Source of the DNA: an uncultured Candidatus Saccharibacteria bacterium
GTDB lineage: Bacteria > Patescibacteriota > Minisyncoccia > Phycocordibacterales > EsbW-18
Direction: 5' to 3'
Assembly: GCA_964447415.1 (NCBI GenBank)
Contig: CAYUSN010000001.1
Span: 185,727-249,726 of the forward strand
DNA length: 64,000 nucleotides
Shown in pieces: positions 59,281-64,000 of the stretch. The stretch's first letter is position 1, and each line of letters starts with the position of its first letter. Position numbers and translations under genes: made by a program. Below the pieces are notes generated by a model. It was not told the DNA's origin, ran no database searches, and saw only the letters and a program-made list of their open reading frames with translations.

Positions 59281-59562
59281 TCAGGAGAGGCCGATGACCT
59301 CGTCGGGAATTCCCGAGTTCTTGGCAAACCATGCCGTGAACTCGAAAAAGAGCTCGTCGCTCCGGTCACCCAACAGCACGGAATCGCCGTCCAGCGGCAA
59401 CTCCACCGTCTCCGGCGGCAGACCGTTCTCCCTCACGATGGCCTCGTGTACCTTCTGGGCCATCTTGTTGAACTCGGCCTCGAACTCGGGGTTGACCCCG
59501 AAGAGGCCCATGTCCAGGCGCTTCTCGTAGAGGAACCGCCGGACTTCTCTTAACGTTGTCAT
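59281..59562 (-). CDS. Hypothetical protein (93 aa, GC-rich ORFan)
   Basis: Start moved to MTTLREV within ORF 59281..59619; high GC3. Confidence 0.35.
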   Translation of the reverse strand: MTTLREVRRFLYEKRLDMGLFGVNPEFEAEFNKMAQKVHEAIVRENGLPPETVELPLDGDSVLLGDRSDELFFEFTAWFAKNSGIPDEVIGLS

Positions 59563-59641
59563 GTGTCGTCTCCTATGGAATCCTGGGCGATTATACAACA
59601 ATATACTGCAAGGTGTCAATTATTTATTTGGAGCGTGATTT

Positions 59642-59685
59642 ACCCCGCACTCAACTTTGGAGCAACGTTGAGTGCGGGGTATACT
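59642..59685 (+). promoter_or_regulatory. Palindromic element G (accccgcactcaac-tttggagcaac-gttgagtgcggggt) embedded in sigma70-like promoter: -35 TTGGAG, 17-nt spacer = 3' arm, -10 TATACT
   Basis: Read directly; ~40 nt upstream of gap ATG. Confidence 0.5.
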
Positions 59686-59724
59686 TTTTATGCAGGATTA
59701 TTCTTCTCATTTACTCTCATTTGT

Positions 59725-60744
59725 ATGGCTCGCATCGCAATTAACGGTTTCGGACGTATCGGCAGAGCGTTTTTCAAACTCGCACTTAAGTATCCCGAAC
59801 TCGACGTGGTGGTGGTAAACGATCTCGGTGATGCGCACAACCTCGCGTATCTGCTCAAGTTTGATTCGGCATACGGAAAATCAGGTCTTGATGTGGAGTC
59901 AAAAGACGGGACACTGACCGTCAACGGAAAAGATATTGCGTTTCTTCAGGAAAAAGAAGCAAAAAATCTGCCGTGGAAAAAACTCGACATTGATATCGTT
60001 ATTGAAAGTTCAGGACACTACACGAAATACGAGGATGCCAAGCAACATCTTGATGCGGGCGCAAAGCGTGTGGTGATTACCGCACCGGCAAAAGGAGACG
60101 CGGTTCCGGGAATTGAAGTGGGGACGGTATTGATGGGAATTAACGAAGAGAAGTTGAAAACATGCGATATCACTTCTAACGCATCGTGCACGACCAACGC
60201 GGCATCACCGGTGATTCAGGTGATTCATGAGGCGCTTGGTGTGGAGAAAGCGGTGCTTAACACAGTGCACGGATACACGCAGTCACAGGAACTGCAGGAT
60301 GCGCCGAATGCGCGCGGATGGCGTGAAGGACGCGCTGCGGCGGCAAACATCGTGCCGACAACCACCGGTGCGGCAATTGCGGTCACAAAAGCAATTACCG
60401 ATCTCGAAGGAAAGTTTGACGGCATCGCGGTTCGCGTACCCGTGCTGGTCGGTTCAATTGCGGACACTACAATGGTGGTCGGGCGCGATACGACGGCGGA
60501 GGAAGTAAACGATATTCTGAAAAAAGCTGCGGGCGACGACCGTTGGCAGGGGATTCTGAAAGTGTCCGACGACGAGCTTGTTTCGTCAGATATCGTCGGT
60601 GAACCGTACGGTGCGATTGTGGATGCTCAAATGACGCGTGTGGTCGGCGGCAATCTCGTGAAGGTGATGTCGTGGTATGACAACGAGGCGGGATATGCGG
60701 CGACACTGGTGCAGCACGCGCGAAAAATGTCGGCACTTTTGTAA
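59725..60744 (+). CDS. gap: Glyceraldehyde-3-phosphate dehydrogenase (type I)
   Basis: ARIAINGFGRIGR NAD-binding start, catalytic SNASCTTNA; start moved from ORF-track 59563 to MARIAING. Confidence 0.9.
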   Translation: MARIAINGFGRIGRAFFKLALKYPELDVVVVNDLGDAHNLAYLLKFDSAYGKSGLDVESKDGTLTVNGKDIAFLQEKEAKNLPWKKLDIDIVIESSGHYTKYEDAKQHLDAGAKRVVITAPAKGDAVPGIEVGTVLMGINEEKLKTCDITSNASCTTNAASPVIQVIHEALGVEKAVLNTVHGYTQSQELQDAPNARGWREGRAAAANIVPTTTGAAIAVTKAITDLEGKFDGIAVRVPVLVGSIADTTMVVGRDTTAEEVNDILKKAAGDDRWQGILKVSDDELVSSDIVGEPYGAIVDAQMTRVVGGNLVKVMSWYDNEAGYAATLVQHARKMSALL

Positions 60745-60751
60745 GTACGTT

Positions 60752-61054
60752 ATGACCCCCTACAACAAACTCGTTCGAGACAAGATTCCTGAGATTTTGG
60801 ATGCAAAAGGCATCGCGTATAAAGCCCGCACCGCTTCGCCGGAAGAATTTAAAGAGGAACTGATAAAAAAATTGGGCGAAGAGGTGAAAGAATTCAGTCA
60901 AAACAGCAGTGTAGAAGAACTTGCGGATGTGCTTGAAGTTATTGAATCTCCGAAAACTCTTTCAGAGTATGGTGGGGTGGAAAAAACCAGATTGCAAAAA
61001 CGGGAAGAGCGCGGTGGTTTTGATAAACGAATAATCGCACAGGGCGAAAAATAA
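60752..61054 (+). CDS. MazG-like nucleotide pyrophosphohydrolase domain protein (HisE/PRA-PH-like)
   Basis: KLVRDKIPEI...EELGEEVKE...EELADVLEV pattern of all-alpha NTP pyrophosphatases; start moved to MTPYNKL. Confidence 0.5.
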   Translation: MTPYNKLVRDKIPEILDAKGIAYKARTASPEEFKEELIKKLGEEVKEFSQNSSVEELADVLEVIESPKTLSEYGGVEKTRLQKREERGGFDKRIIAQGEK

Positions 61055-61055
61055 T

Positions 61056-61496
61056 ATGAAAATTGCACTCGGAGCAGATCACGCAGGGTTTAAACTTAAG
61101 GAACAGATGAGAGATTTTCTTGTTTCACTCGGACACGAGGTGGTGGACAAGGGCGCGTTTTCTTTTGACCCCGCCGATGATTACCCTGATTTTATTTTTC
61201 CTGTTGCACATGCTGTGGCAGACGGTGAAGTGGAGCGAGGTGTAGTCTTCGGTAAATCAGGACAAGGGGAGGCAATGGCTGCTAACCGCGTGAAAGGTGT
61301 GCGCGCGGCACTGTATCTCGGCGAAGATGTGGAGGTTGCCAAATTATCCCGCGAACACAACGACGCGAACGTGCTTTCACTGGGAACCGATTTTGTAAAT
61401 CAGGATGCGGCACAGGATATTGTTTCGTTGTGGTTGGATACTCCGTTTTCAGAAGAAGAGCGCCATGTACGGCGCATAAAAAAACTGGACGCATGA
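61056..61496 (+). CDS. rpiB: Ribose-5-phosphate isomerase B (RpiB/LacAB family)
   Basis: MKIALGADHAGFKLKE start and RpiB core. Confidence 0.85.
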   Translation: MKIALGADHAGFKLKEQMRDFLVSLGHEVVDKGAFSFDPADDYPDFIFPVAHAVADGEVERGVVFGKSGQGEAMAANRVKGVRAALYLGEDVEVAKLSREHNDANVLSLGTDFVNQDAAQDIVSLWLDTPFSEEERHVRRIKKLDA

Positions 61497-62161
61497 TAGA
61501 CGTCGTTCCCGCAATTCTTCCTTCGTCTTTTGACGAACTCTCCGCAAAAGCGGCGTTGGTTCGCGGACTGGTGCGGCGCGTGCAGCTGGATGTCGCCGAC
61601 GGTTCATATGCGTCGTCAAAAACATGGCCGTATGCCGAAGCAGGCCACTTTGAAAGTCTGTTGGAGGAAAGCGAAGGGTTACCGTTCTGGGACGAAATAG
61701 ACTACGAGGTTGATCTACTCATCAAAGAACCTGAAAAAGAAATTGATAAGTGGATTCAGGCCGGGGTTGCTGCGGCAGTGGTGCATATTGAAAGCACCGA
61801 ACATGTGCACGACATCATCAAAAAATTGCATGAGGTAAATGCGGAGGCGGGACTCGGCATCAAACCGAGTACATCGAACGAAGAATTGTTCAAGCACATT
61901 ACAGACGTGGATTTCGTGCAGTGCATGGGCAACGATCGGATCGGTTATCACGGTGTTGAGCTTGATGAGACCGTATACGAAAAAATCCGTGAGATTCATG
62001 CGCGGTATCCTGAACTGCCTATTGCTGTTGATATAGGTGTCAACGAGGAGACCGCGCCGCTTCTTGTGGATGCGGGCGCAACGAAACTTGTCTCCGGTTC
62101 GGCAATTTTCGGAAGCGATACTGTCAAAGAAACCATACAACACCTCCAGAATCTCGGGTAA
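61493..62161 (+). CDS. rpe: Ribulose-phosphate 3-epimerase
   Basis: TIM-barrel rpe motifs (VQLDVADGSY, MGNDRIGYHG, SGSAIFG); ATGA overlap with rpiB stop. Confidence 0.85.
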   Translation: MIDVVPAILPSSFDELSAKAALVRGLVRRVQLDVADGSYASSKTWPYAEAGHFESLLEESEGLPFWDEIDYEVDLLIKEPEKEIDKWIQAGVAAAVVHIESTEHVHDIIKKLHEVNAEAGLGIKPSTSNEELFKHITDVDFVQCMGNDRIGYHGVELDETVYEKIREIHARYPELPIAVDIGVNEETAPLLVDAGATKLVSGSAIFGSDTVKETIQHLQNLG

Positions 62162-62180
62162 TGTTTGCTATACTCTTTGT

Positions 62181-63044
62181 ATGGCGCATCTCTCTGACGA
62201 CAAGATTAAAGAGCTTGAGTTGAAAGCAAACGAAATTCGCATCTCGCTGATCGATATGCTTGAAGATGCGGGGAGCGGACATACCGCCGGGCCGTTGGAC
62301 ATGGCCGACATTTTTACCGCATTTTATTTTCATATTCTCAAACACGACCCGAAAAATCCCGAATGGGAAGAACGTGACCGGCTCTTTCTTTCAAACGGGC
62401 ACATTACACCGGTGCGGTACTCTGCGATGGCGCACGCGGGATATTTTCCGCTCTCCGAACTGAAGACACTCCGAAAATTCGGGTCACGTTTGCAGGGACA
62501 CCCCGAGCGCGAGCGTTTGCCGGGAGTTGAGACCACTTCAGGACCGCTTGGATCGGGACTTTCACAGGCGGCGGGATATGCATACACTGCGCGCATGGAC
62601 GGAAAAAAGTGGCGCACATACTGTCTGATGTCCGACGGGGAGCTGCAGGCGGGTAATACGTGGGAGGGTGCCATGTTTGCCGGCAACAACAAACTTTCAA
62701 ATCTCACCGCGGTAATTGACCGCAACAATATTCAAATCAGCGGTACGACCGAGCACGTAATGCCGCTAGAACCGTTGGCGGATAAGTGGCGCGCATTCAA
62801 CTGGCATGTCATTGAGGTGGACGGACACAACATTATGGCGTTTTGTGACGCGGTGGATGAGGCGCGCGCGATTTCAGAGCGTCCGACGGTTATTATTGCG
62901 CACACAATCGCCGGCAAGGGAATCAAAGAGATTGAATACGACTACCGTTGGCACGGCAAACCGCCGACAAAAGAAGAGGAAAAAAAGTTTTTGAAAGAAC
63001 TGCGCACACTTAAAGGAAAAATTGAGGCATCACACAATGATTAA
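62181..63044 (+). CDS. tktA: Transketolase, N-terminal (TPP-binding) subunit
   Basis: GSGHTAGPLDMADI, RDRLFLSNGH, TPP-binding GDGE...N motifs; start moved to MAHLSDD. Confidence 0.85.
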   Translation: MAHLSDDKIKELELKANEIRISLIDMLEDAGSGHTAGPLDMADIFTAFYFHILKHDPKNPEWEERDRLFLSNGHITPVRYSAMAHAGYFPLSELKTLRKFGSRLQGHPERERLPGVETTSGPLGSGLSQAAGYAYTARMDGKKWRTYCLMSDGELQAGNTWEGAMFAGNNKLSNLTAVIDRNNIQISGTTEHVMPLEPLADKWRAFNWHVIEVDGHNIMAFCDAVDEARAISERPTVIIAHTIAGKGIKEIEYDYRWHGKPPTKEEEKKFLKELRTLKGKIEASHND

Positions 63045-64000
63045 CGAAGAGCAAAAACTTATTGATGATATTTTCAGCGCGGATATCAAAAAAGTGCCCA
63101 TCCGCGACGGTTTTGGGTATGGATTGGTGGAAGCAGGAAAGAAAGATGAACGTGTTGTGGTGGTGTGCGCCGATTTGGAAGAGTCCACCCGCGCAGAATG
63201 GTTTCACAAAGAATTTCCGGACCGTTTTGTGGAGGTGGGTGTCGCCGAACAAAACCTCGCAACAGTCGCCTCGGGCATGGCCAACTACGGAAAAATTCCG
63301 TTTATCACCTCGTACGCGACGTTTTCTCCCGGACGCAATAATGAGCAGATTCGCACGACGATTGCGCTCAACAATGTGCCGGTAAAAATCGCAGGAAGCC
63401 ACGCAGGTGTCTCGGTCGGTCCTGACGGCGCAACACACCAGGCGCTTGAAGACATCGGACTGATGCGTATGCTGCCGAATATGACGGTGGTGGTGCCTGC
63501 CGATAGTGAGGAGGCCAAGAAAGCGACGATGGCGATTGCGCAGACCACAAGTCCCGCATATATACGTCTCGGGCGGGCGGGGACACCGTCGTTTACGACT
63601 TCGGAAACACCGTTTGCACTCGGCCGCGCGGAGATTTTGTGGCAGTCGGAGAATCCTGCTGTTGCATTGATTGCATGCGGTGCGCTCACGCACAACGCGC
63701 TTATTGCCGCAAAAAAACTACAGGACGCAGGTGTCGGCTCAATTGTAGTGAACAACCACACCATCAAGCCGATGGATGAAAAAACAATTGTGGATGTCGC
63801 AACAAAATGCGGGGCAGTGGTGACAGTTGAAGAACACCAGATTGCCGGAGGTATGGGTTCGGCAGTTGCGGAGATTCTTGCACAACAGCACCTTGTACCA
63901 ATTGAGTTCATTGGTGTGCATGACCAATTCGGACAATCAGGAACACCCGACGAACTTATTGCCCACTACAAAATGGACGCCGACTCGATTGTTGAAGCCG
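63037..64000 (+). CDS. tktB: Transketolase, C-terminal (pyrimidine-binding) subunit; partial, runs off window end
   Basis: Manual translation from ATG overlapping upstream stop: MINEEQKLIDDIFSADIKKVPIRDGFGYGLVEAG...EQNLATVASGMANYGKIPF; not in ORF track because no stop inside window. Confidence 0.85.
   Translation, partial: MINEEQKLIDDIFSADIKKVPIRDGFGYGLVEAGKKDERVVVVCADLEESTRAEWFHKEFPDRFVEVGVAEQNLATVASGMANYGKIPFITSYATFSPGRNNEQIRTTIALNNVPVKIAGSHAGVSVGPDGATHQALEDIGLMRMLPNMTVVVPADSEEAKKATMAIAQTTSPAYIRLGRAGTPSFTTSETPFALGRAEILWQSENPAVALIACGALTHNALIAAKKLQDAGVGSIVVNNHTIKPMDEKTIVDVATKCGAVVTVEEHQIAGGMGSAVAEILAQQHLVPIEFIGVHDQFGQSGTPDELIAHYKMDADSIVEA

Noticed and set aside
63010-63911. Minus-strand ORFs 63010..63693 and 63285..63911
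   Set aside because: Antisense to the transketolase C-terminal subunit, which has strong conserved motifs on the plus strand.

Overview
The window reads as a compact, gene-dense genome segment from a Candidate Phyla Radiation (Patescibacteria/Parcubacteria-like) bacterium. The evidence is a divergent 16S rRNA gene carrying a ~175-nt hairpin expansion segment, rRNA and tRNA genes that are not linked in an operon, short intergenic regions, weak Shine-Dalgarno (SD) use by housekeeping genes, and a very large cell-surface glycan locus.

**Content, from start to end:**
- A CheY-like receiver, a His-box fatty-acid hydroxylase/desaturase, and smpB followed directly by its partner tmRNA (ssrA).
- ftsH, an RNHCP zinc-ribbon protein, and a prenyltransferase/terpene-cyclase-like repeat protein next to a tRNA with anticodon UAU.
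- An ECF sigma factor translationally coupled to a membrane protein with poly-Asp tracts, then recG.
- A 16S rRNA gene with no 23S/5S following it, then tRNA-Ile(GAU), tRNA-Leu(CAG), alr, murC and rsmI.
- A putative DUF4015-type glycoside hydrolase, a TraG/VirD4/HerA-like P-loop ATPase, and a secreted lamin-tail/PKD protein.
- An ~18-kb glycan biosynthesis locus (29.9-48.4 kb): about 7 GT4/GT-B and 1 GT2 glycosyltransferases, an NAD-epimerase, four class-I and two FkbM methyltransferases, a Wzx flippase, a Wzy/O-antigen-ligase-like TPR protein, and a GIY-YIG protein.
- murB, secA, a DedA protein, a holin-family protein, a MYG1 protein and obg.
- gatB, gap, a MazG-like protein, rpiB, rpe and a split transketolase (the C-terminal subunit runs off the window).

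**Most notable signals:**
1. At least seven intergenic perfect palindromes share a CC(A/C)GCAC...GTGC(T/G)GG stem base. All sit at gene or operon starts, and two are embedded in clear sigma70-like promoters.
2. Numerous compositionally distinct (high GC3) islets of small ORFan genes carry strong GGAGG SDs and ATGA-coupled gene pairs. Some lie next to tRNAs or the hairpins.
3. A divergent relic of the gatB N-terminus sits upstream of the real gatB start, flanking one of the hairpins.
4. The 16S 3' tail appears to lack the canonical CCUCC anti-SD.

I worked from memory of the printed sequence lines, so coordinates of non-ORF features are approximate (±2 nt).
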